Shown one piece after another: positions 1-9,244 of a stretch of 40,720 nt of DNA (position 1 is the stretch's first letter; each line of letters starts with the position of its first letter). The stretch is from Verrucomicrobiota bacterium. GTDB taxonomy: Bacteria > Verrucomicrobiota > Verrucomicrobiia > Chthoniobacterales > Terrimicrobiaceae. The translations under genes and the position numbers were made by a program. The notes under the pieces are model-generated. The model did no database searches. It saw only the letters and a program-made list of their open reading frames with translations, and had not been told where the DNA came from. The stretch covers positions 1 through 40,720 of the forward strand of contig JBAWVC010000001.1 of assembly GCA_037147455.1 (NCBI GenBank), in the 5' to 3' direction.

Positions 1-15
1 CTAGTTGAGGCTCGC

Positions 16-1062
16 ATGCCGCGCAAGCCGACCCTTCACGCCCGACACGCCCGCGCCCGACTGGTCGAAATGGTTGCCGGGTTGCCGTCCGGGGATTGCC
101 TGCCCACGCTGGAGTTCCTCGGCAAACAGTTTCAGCTTCACCCCTCGACGGTATTCCGGATCCTGCGCGACCTCGGCACCGAAGGCGTTGTCTGGCAGAG
201 CCCCAATGGGAGATATTACCCGGCTGCTTCGCGCTCGAAGCAGGTGAGGGGGCTCCCCGTATTCTTTATTGGCCGCGAAATGTGGCACTGGAGCCGACTC
301 TACCATGAGATTCTGGAAGGTGTTTCCGAAGTCTGCTCCGCCAACGCAAGCCCGCTGGTATTGCTTTCCGCGCCCACCCTCGTCCACCAGGCCGATCCAA
401 CCAAGCCCCCCAGGTTTGCTTCCGCAAAAACGCAGAAGAAGGAGCTGGAGATGCTGCTGCCATCGATCCCGCGAAACTGCGGGGGCCTTCTCTTTGACCA
501 CCTTTGGAAAGATGCGGCGCTCTCACTTCCCGGGTTGCCATCCGCTCCGAAGATTCAACTATTTTACGGTTCGGGAAGGTTGATGCCTGTTGCCGCCCCT
601 GACTATGAGGATGCTGCCGGTTGCGCGAAAGAGTTCGTGGACTCCAGAAAAATTGGCCGGTCCCTCATCGTATCTCCCTTCAAAGGCGACCCCGCCATCG
701 ATGCAAGCGTCGAGCTTCTCAAAGCCGCTCTCGTTGAACATGACCCCGAGGAAGTGGCATTTGAGGCGCTCACTGGACACTTGAAAAAGCTGGGAGCCCG
801 ATCGGGGAAACAACGGATCTGCCTCGTCTGCCCGGAGGACAATACGGCAAAAGCGCTCTTCGAGGAAATGCAGGGCACACCATCGGTCGAGCAGACTATT
901 TCACTGTTCGCCACCCAAGGCACCGGACTGCTCACCTTGCCTGCAAACCGGCTGAGATTCGATTTTCGGCGGTTGGGAAGATCGGCGGCAGCCGCCATCC
1001 TGCAAGGACAGTCACTCAGGGTTGGGGGGCTCCCGGTTGACTCGGCGGCTTCCTGCGGGTAG
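16..1062 (+). CDS. GntR-type winged-HTH transcriptional regulator with a LacI/periplasmic-binding-like C-terminal domain
   Basis: 348-aa ORF. The N-terminal segment LPTLEFLGKQFQLHPSTVFRILRDLGTEGVV looks like a GntR HTH. The remainder resembles a sugar-binding regulator fold. Family call rests on motif memory only. Confidence 0.55.
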   Translation: MPRKPTLHARHARARLVEMVAGLPSGDCLPTLEFLGKQFQLHPSTVFRILRDLGTEGVVWQSPNGRYYPAASRSKQVRGLPVFFIGREMWHWSRLYHEILEGVSEVCSANASPLVLLSAPTLVHQADPTKPPRFASAKTQKKELEMLLPSIPRNCGGLLFDHLWKDAALSLPGLPSAPKIQLFYGSGRLMPVAAPDYEDAAGCAKEFVDSRKIGRSLIVSPFKGDPAIDASVELLKAALVEHDPEEVAFEALTGHLKKLGARSGKQRICLVCPEDNTAKALFEEMQGTPSVEQTISLFATQGTGLLTLPANRLRFDFRRLGRSAAAAILQGQSLRVGGLPVDSAASCG

Positions 1063-1075
1063 AAATGCGGGCGTT

Positions 1076-2050
1076 GTGATACCGACACTTGAAAAACTCG
1101 AGCAAATCTACCGCCGGCCGCTTTTTGATCTGATCCACGAAAGCCGCCGCGTGCATTTGGAATTTTGGAACCGGAACGAGGTCCAGCTCTGCACCTTGCT
1201 CAGCGTGAAGACCGGCGGGTGCAGCGAGGACTGCGGGTATTGCGCGCAAAGCTCCCGATACGACACCGGCCTGGAGAGGGAGACCCTGATGACGACCGAC
1301 GAGGTGCTGCCGATCGCCCAGATGGCGAAGGCGAACGGCTCGACGCGCTTCTGCATGGGGGCCGCGTGGAAAGGCGTGCGTAAGGGCGACAAAAAGTTCG
1401 AGCAGATGATCGGGACGGTCCGGGCGGTCAGCCGCCTCGGAATGGAGGTCTGCGTCACGCTCGGCCAGCTCGGAGACGAGGAGGCGATCGAGCTCAAGAA
1501 GGCCGGACTGACCGCTTACAACCACAACATCGACACCTCGCCCGAGCATTATTCCCAGATCGTGACAACCCATACGTTCGAGGACCGGCTCAACACGATC
1601 GGCTCGGTCCAGCGCGCGGGCATCAGCGTCTGCTGCGGCGGCATCATCGGCATGGGGGAGAGCGTGCAGGACCGGCTGCGGATGCTCGAGGTGCTTTGCA
1701 ACTTTGATCCGACCCCGGAGAGCGTGCCGATCAACTGCCTGATGCCGGTGCCCGGAACGCCGCTGGCAGATGCCCCGGCGATTGATGTCTTCGAACTGGT
1801 GCGCCTGATCGCCGCCTCGCGCATCGTGCTTCCGAAGGCCAAGATCCGCCTCTCAGCCGGCCGCTCGCGGCTTTCGCGCGAGGCTCAGGCGATGTGTTTC
1901 TTTGCGGGCGCGAATTCGATTTTTTACGGCGAGAAGCTTTTGACCGCCGGCAACCCGTGCGTGGATGAGGACCGGGAGCTTCTTAGCGCCCTCGGCCTCG
2001 AAGCCCAGGCCCCTTATTCCGACCAACCCGAACCCGCCCACTCCCATTGA
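1076..2050 (+). CDS. bioB: biotin synthase (radical SAM)
   Basis: Motif GGCSEDCGYCAQS and BioB-like sequence throughout. The ORF-track frame opens at 1022 (TTG) and overlaps the upstream gene, so I chose the in-frame GTG at 1076. Start is uncertain. Confidence 0.9.
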   Translation: MIPTLEKLEQIYRRPLFDLIHESRRVHLEFWNRNEVQLCTLLSVKTGGCSEDCGYCAQSSRYDTGLERETLMTTDEVLPIAQMAKANGSTRFCMGAAWKGVRKGDKKFEQMIGTVRAVSRLGMEVCVTLGQLGDEEAIELKKAGLTAYNHNIDTSPEHYSQIVTTHTFEDRLNTIGSVQRAGISVCCGGIIGMGESVQDRLRMLEVLCNFDPTPESVPINCLMPVPGTPLADAPAIDVFELVRLIAASRIVLPKAKIRLSAGRSRLSREAQAMCFFAGANSIFYGEKLLTAGNPCVDEDRELLSALGLEAQAPYSDQPEPAHSH

Positions 2051-2523
2051 AAATCAGCATCGGCAGCGATCACGCGGGTTTTGAATACAAGGAGCGGTTC
2101 ATCGCGCACCTGAAAGCCGCAGGCCACGAGGTGGCCGACCACGGGACCCATTCGGCGGAGAGCACGGACTATCCGCTTTTCATTATCCCTGCCGCGCAGG
2201 CGGTGTCGCGCGGGGAGGCGGAGCGCGGAATTGTCCTCGGCGGATCGGGAAACGGCGAGGCCATCGCCGCCAACAAGGTCAGCGGGATCCGCTGCGCGCT
2301 TTGCTGGAATGACGAAACGGCCGAACTTTCCCGCCGCCACAACAACGCGAACGTCCTCTCCATCGGCCAGCGGATGGTCTCGATCGAGATCGCGCTTCAG
2401 ATTCTGGACATCTGGCTCAAGACCCCGTTTGAGGGCGGACGCCACGCGCGCCGGATCTCTGAGCTCGATGTTTACGAGGAGGGCAGGGGAGTCGAGGGGA
2501 TGAAGGCCGTGGCCACGGAGTGA
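2047..2523 (+). CDS. rpiB: ribose-5-phosphate isomerase B
   Basis: 158 aa with the RpiB/LacAB N-terminus MKISIGSDHAGFEYKE. TTG start overlaps the bioB stop by 4 nt. Confidence 0.9.
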   Translation: MKISIGSDHAGFEYKERFIAHLKAAGHEVADHGTHSAESTDYPLFIIPAAQAVSRGEAERGIVLGGSGNGEAIAANKVSGIRCALCWNDETAELSRRHNNANVLSIGQRMVSIEIALQILDIWLKTPFEGGRHARRISELDVYEEGRGVEGMKAVATE

Positions 2524-2524
2524 T

Positions 2525-3421
2525 TCAGGACCAGAGCGGGGAGGGGTATTCGCCGGACTTCACGAGGGCGGAAAGCGCCGAGACAACGAGCGGGCGATCC
2601 TCCCGGTAGGTGACGCCGAACCACTGGCTCGCGACAGGAAGAACGCTGACGTTTGCCTTTCCTGTTTGGATGAGGTTGGCGACGGCATCCGGAATGTAAA
2701 ACTCGGATTTTTCCCCGGTGCCGTGCTTTGCCAGAAAGGCGGAGAACAGCTCTTCTAGCCCCGCGAAAACCGCCGGGGTGAACCCCCAGCAATTCAAGGA
2801 AACCCGTTCCTGCCCGCTGAAGCGCGTGCCGTCTTCCTGGTTCACAATTTCGAGCGGCGTGCTCTCGATCTGCGTGAATTCCTTGATGTGGACGAGCTCG
2901 CCCTGGCCGGAAACCTCGCAAACCCCGCGCGAGACATGGCCGCTCGGGGAAAGGGTCGCTGCGAGGGGGTATCCGGCCATGCAATAGCGGGCGCTCTCCA
3001 ACGCCTGCGCCGAAAGAAAATGTCTGACATCCGCGATCGCGCCGGACCCGTAAAAATCATCCGCGTTGATCGCAAGGAACGCCGAATCGACCGCCGACCT
3101 CGCGCACCAAATCGCGTGGCCTGTGCCCCATGGCTTTTGCCTGCCTTCTGGAACGCTGAACCCGTCGGGCAGGTCGTTGAGTTGCTGGAAAACATATCCC
3201 ACATCGATCCGGTCCTCGAACCGGCTCCCGATTTTTTCGCGGAAGTCTTCCTCGAATTCCCTGCGGATAACGAAAATCACCCGCGAAAATCCGGACCGGA
3301 CCGCGTCGAAGACCGAATAGTCCAGCAGGGTTTCGCCTGACGGTCCGACCGGGTCCATCTGCTTCAACCCGCCATACCGGCTCCCCATGCCCGCCGCCAA
3401 AACCAAAAGAGTTGTCTCCAT
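2525..3421 (-). CDS. sugar-phosphate nucleotidyltransferase family protein
   Basis: 298 aa with the N-terminal NTP-transferase signature LAAGMGSRYGGLKQ. Convergent with rpiB, with a 1-nt gap. Confidence 0.7.
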   Translation of the reverse strand: METTLLVLAAGMGSRYGGLKQMDPVGPSGETLLDYSVFDAVRSGFSRVIFVIRREFEEDFREKIGSRFEDRIDVGYVFQQLNDLPDGFSVPEGRQKPWGTGHAIWCARSAVDSAFLAINADDFYGSGAIADVRHFLSAQALESARYCMAGYPLAATLSPSGHVSRGVCEVSGQGELVHIKEFTQIESTPLEIVNQEDGTRFSGQERVSLNCWGFTPAVFAGLEELFSAFLAKHGTGEKSEFYIPDAVANLIQTGKANVSVLPVASQWFGVTYREDRPLVVSALSALVKSGEYPSPLWS

Positions 3422-3433
3422 GAATAAGAAAAA

Positions 3434-3507
3434 TCGGGCCGGCGGGATTCGAACCCGCGACCTCCTGCACCCGAGGCAGGCGCTCTACCAAGCTGAGCCA
3501 CGGCCCG
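3434..3507 (-). tRNA. tRNA-Pro (anticodon CGG)
   Basis: The reverse complement folds as a cloverleaf: acceptor CGGGCCG/CGGCCCG, D stem GCTC/GAGC, anticodon stem CCTGC/GCAGG with loop CTCGGGT, T arm GCGGG-TTCGAAT-CCCGC. No encoded CCA. Confidence 0.9.
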
Positions 3508-3608
3508 ATATATTGGACGGAACCTAATATGTCCCGGACAACGCTGCGGGCAAGCAAATTTGATGTTCTGGAAAATGCGGGCGCGTTTCGGCTATCCCCG
3601 CCGAACGC

Positions 3609-4412
3609 TCAAGCCTCGATCGCCACCGGGTTCGTGAGGCTCCCGATTTTCTCGATCTCGATGGTGACCGAATCGCCGGGTTTCAGCCAGACGGGAGGTT
3701 TTCTCGCCATGCCGACCCCGCTGGGAGTTCCGGTCAGGATGACAGTTCCCGGAAGGAGCGTGGTGCTGCCGCTGAAAAACTCGATCAGAGAGGCCACGGA
3801 AAAAATCATATCCGCCGTGTTTTCCTCCTGCATCGTCGCGCCGTTGAGGACGGTGCGGATCGCGAGAGAGTTGGGATCCGGGATCTCGTCGGGAGTCACG
3901 AGGCACGGGCCCAGCGGGAGAAACGTGTCGAAGGTTTTTCCCCGGCACCACTGGCTCCCCCCGAACCGGATCTGCCAGTCGCGGGCGCTCACGTCGTTGG
4001 CGCAGGTGTAGCCGGCGACGTAATCGAGCGCCTCCGCCCTGGAAACATTTTTGGCGGGCTTCCCGATCACCACGGCCAGCTCGCATTCGTAATCGACCTC
4101 ATGGCTCGCGAGCCGAGAGGGGATGAGGATCGGATCCCCGGGGTTCTGGACGGCCGACGGGGATTTCATGAAGAGCACGGGAAACTGCGGGATGCGCGCG
4201 CCGGTTTCCTCCGCGTGCTTCCGGTAATTCAAGCCCGCGCAAAAAACCACAGCCGGGTGCACCGGGGCGAGAAGCTTTGCGATATCCGCCGGCTCGCCGG
4301 TCGGGACAAATCCGTTCCGCAGATCGCCGGCCAGCATTTCCGAAGTCCCGTCGGGGAGTAGGCGGGAAAACCCGGTGGCGCCCCGGGAATCAAGATGCCT
4401 TTGGATTTTCAT
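3609..4412 (-). CDS. fumarylacetoacetate hydrolase (FAH) family protein
   Basis: FAH-family segments CELAVVIGK, DVSARDWQ and LTGTPSGVG. I chose the internal ATG at 4412 (MKIQRH...) because the longer ORF (to 4484) overlaps the upstream gene. Confidence 0.8.
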   Translation of the reverse strand: MKIQRHLDSRGATGFSRLLPDGTSEMLAGDLRNGFVPTGEPADIAKLLAPVHPAVVFCAGLNYRKHAEETGARIPQFPVLFMKSPSAVQNPGDPILIPSRLASHEVDYECELAVVIGKPAKNVSRAEALDYVAGYTCANDVSARDWQIRFGGSQWCRGKTFDTFLPLGPCLVTPDEIPDPNSLAIRTVLNGATMQEENTADMIFSVASLIEFFSGSTTLLPGTVILTGTPSGVGMARKPPVWLKPGDSVTIEIEKIGSLTNPVAIEA

Positions 4413-4413
4413 G

Positions 4414-5295
4414 TCAGTATTTCGGGGCCTTGACCGTGCCCGCCTCGATGTCATCCCGCCGGCGCTGGACGATCCGCTCCGCAATTTCCTGGACCATTTC
4501 CTCGAGCAGGAGCCGGAGGTGGCTTCCCTGGCGGAAGTCGGACGGCGCGATATTCTTCACCCGGTCCGCGTGCGTGCAGAGCTGGTAGCATTTTTTGAAG
4601 CTCGAGCGGCTCGGGTCATCGGGGTTGTAAACCGCGATCGCCTGGCCTCCGTTCCTGCGCATGACGGTGAAGCAGGGGACATCGGTCGGGCCGTCCCCGA
4701 CATAGATCATGTTCTGGAAGGGGATCGGGCGTAGCTCCGGGGCCATGTGGTCGTTCACGTCCTCGTCCATTTCCAGCATCCCCTTGTTGATGCGGAAAAG
4801 AAACTGGGTCTTCTGGGTGTGGCTGATGACCCGCTTCGGGAACGTGATCCGGTCACGCTCGTCCACGGCGAATTCGCATCCGAAGATCTTGCGGATGTAG
4901 GGGGCCAGGCGGCTGCCTTCGATCAGGGTTCTCAGCCCAGAGGAGACGATGTAGTGCTCGACATTGATCCCGTGCGCCTCGTGTTCGCCGCTCAGAAGCC
5001 CGCTGCGGAAATCCTCGAACATCTCGGGCAGCCCCTTGTAGAAATTCAGCCGGGAGCCGAGCTCCCGGAGCTTGGCGTTCGTCGGCCGGTCCATCTCCAG
5101 GCAGTCCAGAAGAACTTTCATGTAGGCGAGTTCGTTGTCGAAGCCCTGGTCGCGCACCAGCTCGCCGCACCGCTGCCAGAAATGCGGTGGGTTGATCCCG
5201 AAAACCGGAAACAACGCCTCGTCCTGCATGTAGGTTGGCGAGAGCGTCTGGTCGTAGTCGTAGATGATCGCAATCGTATTTTGCGGAGTGGACAT
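4414..5295 (-). CDS. HAD-superfamily hydrolase-like protein
   Basis: 293 aa. HAD motif I-like IIYDYDQTL and motif IV-like VGDGPTDVPCF. Confidence 0.6.
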   Translation of the reverse strand: MSTPQNTIAIIYDYDQTLSPTYMQDEALFPVFGINPPHFWQRCGELVRDQGFDNELAYMKVLLDCLEMDRPTNAKLRELGSRLNFYKGLPEMFEDFRSGLLSGEHEAHGINVEHYIVSSGLRTLIEGSRLAPYIRKIFGCEFAVDERDRITFPKRVISHTQKTQFLFRINKGMLEMDEDVNDHMAPELRPIPFQNMIYVGDGPTDVPCFTVMRRNGGQAIAVYNPDDPSRSSFKKCYQLCTHADRVKNIAPSDFRQGSHLRLLLEEMVQEIAERIVQRRRDDIEAGTVKAPKY

Positions 5296-5415
5296 GCCAT
5301 TATCGCTGCACCTGGAAGGCCGATCTGGCGATCATAAAATGCAAAAATCCGCGTCCTCGGGAACTTGAAGAATCTCTTTGAAAATCTGCTCCCGAAGCCC
5401 CATTCTACGGATGTT

Positions 5416-6396
5416 ATGAACGCTCGGAACTTCGGCGGGACCGGTCAAACAGTCGGGGAAATCGGTTTGGGATGCTGGCAGCTCGGCGGCACGGATTGGA
5501 GCGGGATCAGCGACTTGCGCGCGCGCAGCCTCCTCATCGAGGCCGCGGACTCGGGCATCAATTTTTTTGACACGGCCGATGTTTACGGAAACGGCCGCAG
5601 CGAGCAGGTTCTCGGCCACTTCCTGAAAGATCGCGGAGGAAATTTTCTGGTCGCCACGAAATTCGGGAGAGCCCGCGGGATTTATCCCTCCGGCTACACA
5701 TGGGACGCCATTCGAACCGCCACAGAATCCTCTCTCAAGCGCCTGGGGATCCCCGCCATCCACCTCACCCAACTTCACTGTGTGCCGGCGGATGTGTTGC
5801 GGAACGGAGAAATTTTCGATTGGCTTCGCCGCCTGAAAGCCGAGGGAAAAATTCGCGATTTTGGTGCCAGCGTCGAGACGGTCGAAGAGGCGATGATCTG
5901 CCTCGAGCAACAGGGGCTCGCCTCGCTCCAACTGGTTTATAATCTTTTTCACCTGGAACCTGAGAAAGAAGTCTTCCCTCTCGCCATCCAGAAGGAGGTG
6001 GCGATCATCGTCCGGCTGCCGCTCGCGGATGGGCTGCTCGGTGGGCACCTCTCAGGGCCGCAGCCCATGCCGTCCGGCTACACCGGGAGCCCAGGCCCTG
6101 CGGTTCCGTCCCCGAAAGACGCCGTGACTTTTTGCGGACTCCCTCTCGACCGGGGCCTGCAGCTTTCTGCGGAGGTCCAAAGACTGGTCCCCCATGGCAT
6201 GACCCTTCCACAGATGGCCTTGCGTTTCGTGCTCGACCAGAAGGCGGTTTCGGTGATGATCCCCGGGGCGAGCAAGCCCGCCCAAGCCGCTTCAAATGCC
6301 ATTGCGGCCGACATGCCTCCTTTGGGTCCGGCCCTGCACGACCAGCTCAGGCTCTTTTTCAAAACGGAGGTTGCTCCATTTATCCAAGGCCCTTGA
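5416..6396 (+). CDS. aldo/keto reductase
   Basis: AKR motifs GLGCWQLGG and FDTADVYG. ATG at 5416 (MNARNFG...) preferred over the ORF-track start at 5365. Confidence 0.85.
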   Translation: MNARNFGGTGQTVGEIGLGCWQLGGTDWSGISDLRARSLLIEAADSGINFFDTADVYGNGRSEQVLGHFLKDRGGNFLVATKFGRARGIYPSGYTWDAIRTATESSLKRLGIPAIHLTQLHCVPADVLRNGEIFDWLRRLKAEGKIRDFGASVETVEEAMICLEQQGLASLQLVYNLFHLEPEKEVFPLAIQKEVAIIVRLPLADGLLGGHLSGPQPMPSGYTGSPGPAVPSPKDAVTFCGLPLDRGLQLSAEVQRLVPHGMTLPQMALRFVLDQKAVSVMIPGASKPAQAASNAIAADMPPLGPALHDQLRLFFKTEVAPFIQGP

Positions 6397-6430
6397 CAGG
6401 GGAAAGAAAGGCAGCAGTTCGGAACTATCC

Positions 6431-6871
6431 ATGAAAGTTCATATTCGCCAGATCCCGCACGGGGAGACTCTCCATTTGGAGGGGGAGGAGGATCCCGCAC
6501 GCCTCGACTTGCAGGAGGCGGGTGCCGTGCCCGTATCCCCGCTGTCGTATTCTTTGGATGTGGGGCTGAGCGAAGGGGGGCTCTTCGGGACGGGATGGAT
6601 CTCTGTGCGCGTCCGCATGCAGTGCGTCGCATGCCTCGCGGATTGCGAAAAGGACATCGTGGCGGATCCATTTTCGTTTCAAACAGAAGTCACGGGACGC
6701 GAACAGTTAGACTTGACCCCGTTCGTGCGGGAGGATATTCATCTACTTCTGCCCCCGCATCCCAGATGCGATTCGGGGGCGACGTGTCCAGCCGGTGCCC
6801 TGCGCACCAGCCCGCAGCAACCGGAAATGGGTGCGTCGGCATGGGATGCGCTAGACAAGCTAAAAACCTAA
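6431..6871 (+). CDS. yceD: YceD/DUF177 family protein
   Basis: Small acidic protein with Cys pairs ([18 protein letters not shown]) directly upstream of rpmF, the conserved yceD-rpmF-plsX-fabH arrangement. Start at ATG 6431 (MKVHIRQ). Confidence 0.75.
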   Translation: MKVHIRQIPHGETLHLEGEEDPARLDLQEAGAVPVSPLSYSLDVGLSEGGLFGTGWISVRVRMQCVACLADCEKDIVADPFSFQTEVTGREQLDLTPFVREDIHLLLPPHPRCDSGATCPAGALRTSPQQPEMGASAWDALDKLKT

Positions 6872-6884
6872 TCACAATAAATTT

Positions 6885-7067
6885 ATGGGAGTCCCCAAAC
6901 GCAAAACCTCGAAGATGCGGCTTCGCACGCGCAAAGCAGCGAACCGCTGGCGCGCACCGAAACTCGGAAAATGTCCGCAGTGCGGGGCCAGCGTGCTTTC
7001 TCACATCGCCTGCCCATCCTGCGGATATTACAACAAGCGGCAGGTCCTGACCATTGGGGCCGAATAA
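6885..7067 (+). CDS. rpmF: 50S ribosomal protein L32
   Basis: 60 aa with [17 protein letters not shown] and a Zn-ribbon CPQCG...CPSCG. Confidence 0.95.
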   Translation: MGVPKRKTSKMRLRTRKAANRWRAPKLGKCPQCGASVLSHIACPSCGYYNKRQVLTIGAE

Positions 7068-7091
7068 TCCGGCGGGTCGGGTTTCTCCCGC

Positions 7092-8111
7092 ATGAAAATT
7101 GCCCTTGACGCGATGGGCGGGGATTTTGCTCCGGCGAATCCCGTCGAAGGTGCCGTGGCCGCGCTCCGGGACTTTCCCGATGTTTCCATCATCTTTGTCG
7201 GCGACGAAAAAAAAGTGTGCGACGAGCTGTTGCGCCACGACACCGGAGGCTTGACGGATCGGATCTCCGTCCACCATGCCTCCCAGGTCGTGGACATGGG
7301 CGACAGCGGGCTCGACAGCGTCAGGAGGAAAAAGGATTCCTCCGTGAGCCGGGCCGTGGACCTTGTGAAGGATGGCGCGGCGGACGCGATCGTCTCCGCC
7401 GGGCATACCGGAGCGCTCGTGGCTGCGGCAACCATCAAGCTCAGAACCCTTCCGGGCATCGACCGCGCAGGTTTGGCCGTCTTGATTCCCGCGGACGAAG
7501 GGGCCTTTCTCCTCATCGACGGCGGGGCGAACCTCGATCCGGATCCGGAGCACATCGTCGGCTTCGCCGTCATGGGCAGCATCTATTTCCGGGAAATCCT
7601 TGGCTGCCCGGAACCGAAGGTCGGGCTTTTCAATATCGGCACCGAGGCCTCCAAGGGGACCGAATTTTCCAAGGCGTGCCACGCGCTGCTCTCGAAAGCC
7701 CCGATCCACTTCGCCGGAAATGTCGAGGGGCACGCCATCTTTCACAAGCCGGTCGAAGTCGTGGTTTGTGACGGCTTTGTGGGCAATCTCGTTCTGAAAA
7801 CCATCGAGGGCCTGGCGAAATCCTTTTTCGGCTGGTTCCGTGACGAGCTAAAAAAAACCCCGGTCCGGATGCTGGGCGCCCTCCTCTGCCGCGGGGCGTT
7901 CCGCTCGATCAAGAACCGCACGAGCACGGACGAGTATGGCGGCACGCCGCTTCTTGGAGTCAACGGGATCTGCATCAAAGCCCACGGCAACTCCTCGGTG
8001 CGGGCCCTCCGCAACGCGATCCGCGTGGCGCGGGCGGCGGTCGCCCAGAAGGTCAACCAGCGCATCGTCGAAGCGATCCAATCCCAACATGAAAAAGTCT
8101 CCGAAGCCTAA
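7092..8111 (+). CDS. plsX: phosphate acyltransferase PlsX
   Basis: 339 aa with MKIALDAMGGDFAP and full-length PlsX likeness. Sits in conserved synteny with rpmF and fabH. Confidence 0.95.
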   Translation: MKIALDAMGGDFAPANPVEGAVAALRDFPDVSIIFVGDEKKVCDELLRHDTGGLTDRISVHHASQVVDMGDSGLDSVRRKKDSSVSRAVDLVKDGAADAIVSAGHTGALVAAATIKLRTLPGIDRAGLAVLIPADEGAFLLIDGGANLDPDPEHIVGFAVMGSIYFREILGCPEPKVGLFNIGTEASKGTEFSKACHALLSKAPIHFAGNVEGHAIFHKPVEVVVCDGFVGNLVLKTIEGLAKSFFGWFRDELKKTPVRMLGALLCRGAFRSIKNRTSTDEYGGTPLLGVNGICIKAHGNSSVRALRNAIRVARAAVAQKVNQRIVEAIQSQHEKVSEA

Positions 8112-9105
8112 ACTTTCCCTGCCTAACCGCACCGTTTCGATCATCGGCACCGGCAGCTACGTTCCGGAGCGGATCCTGAGCAACGCCGACCTCGAAGCCA
8201 TCGTCGAGACCACCGACCAGTGGATCATGGACCGGACCGGGATCCGCGAACGCCGGATCGCGAAGGAGGGCGAGTTCACAAGCCACCTTGCGGCCGAGGC
8301 CGCCAGGCGGGCGATACAAAATGCCGGGGTGACAGTGGACGAGATCGATCTGATCCTGGTCGCCACGATTACGCCCGACACATTTTTTCCCTCGACGTCC
8401 TGCCGTGTGCAAAGCTTGATCGGCGCAAAAAACGCCGCATGTTTCGATGTCAATGCGGCCTGCTCCGGATTTCTGTATTCCGTGGAAATCGCGCAGCAGT
8501 TCATCGCGAACCATACCTACAGCACCGTCCTTGTCATCGGGGCCGACAAGCTCAGCTCGATCGTCAACTGGCAGGACCGGAACACCTGCGTGCTTTTCGG
8601 CGACGGCGCGGGAGCCGCCGTGCTGCGCAACCGCGAGGGCTCGCACGGGGTGATCACAACCTACATGGGCAGCGATGGAAATTTCGGGGAGATCCTCTAC
8701 ATGCCGGGTGGAGGGTGCGCCCTGCCGATCACCAAGGAGAACGCGGACCAAAAATTCAACACCCTCCACATGAACGGGCGCGAGACGTTCAAACAGGCGG
8801 TCACCTCGATGATGAAAGCAGCACAGAAGGCGCTCGAGCAAAGCGGGCTCACGACCGACGACCTGAAGTGCATCATCCCCCACCAGGCGAACATCCGGAT
8901 CATCGAGGCGATGGCCTCCCGCCTTAATGTACCGATGAGCAAATTTCACATCAACCTCGACCGCTACGGCAACACCTCAGCGGCCGCCGTCGCGATCGCC
9001 CTGGATGAGGCCAACCGGACCGGACGCTTCCAGATCGGGGATTACATCCTCCTCGTCGTCTTCGGCGGAGGCCTCACCTTCGCCAGTTCCGTGATCCAGT
9101 GGTGA
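8089..9105 (+). CDS. fabH: 3-oxoacyl-ACP synthase III
   Basis: Catalytic motifs AACSGF, HQANIRI and GNTSAA. ATG at 8089 (MKKSPKPK...) overlaps the plsX end by 23 nt. Confidence 0.95.
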   Translation: MKKSPKPKLSLPNRTVSIIGTGSYVPERILSNADLEAIVETTDQWIMDRTGIRERRIAKEGEFTSHLAAEAARRAIQNAGVTVDEIDLILVATITPDTFFPSTSCRVQSLIGAKNAACFDVNAACSGFLYSVEIAQQFIANHTYSTVLVIGADKLSSIVNWQDRNTCVLFGDGAGAAVLRNREGSHGVITTYMGSDGNFGEILYMPGGGCALPITKENADQKFNTLHMNGRETFKQAVTSMMKAAQKALEQSGLTTDDLKCIIPHQANIRIIEAMASRLNVPMSKFHINLDRYGNTSAAAVAIALDEANRTGRFQIGDYILLVVFGGGLTFASSVIQW

Positions 9106-9146
9106 TCTGACCGCCGGTCACCTTGCGGGTGACGAGATTGGCAGAA

Positions 9147-9244
9147 GGGGTCAGGCCTATAATTTAAATATCTTCTGGGTCGAAAGTTACAAATAGGCAG
9201 TCCCGAACGGTGCCATTTTACATTTAAATTATAGGCCTGACCCC
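9147..9244. repeat. perfect 23-bp inverted repeat (GGGGTCAGGCCTATAATTTAAAT / ATTTAAATTATAGGCCTGACCCC) separated by 52 nt
   Basis: Arms at 9147-9169 and 9222-9244 are exact reverse complements. The AT-rich inner arm halves contrast with the GC-rich surroundings. The right arm contains the comEC stop codon and its last 5 codons. Confidence 0.9.
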
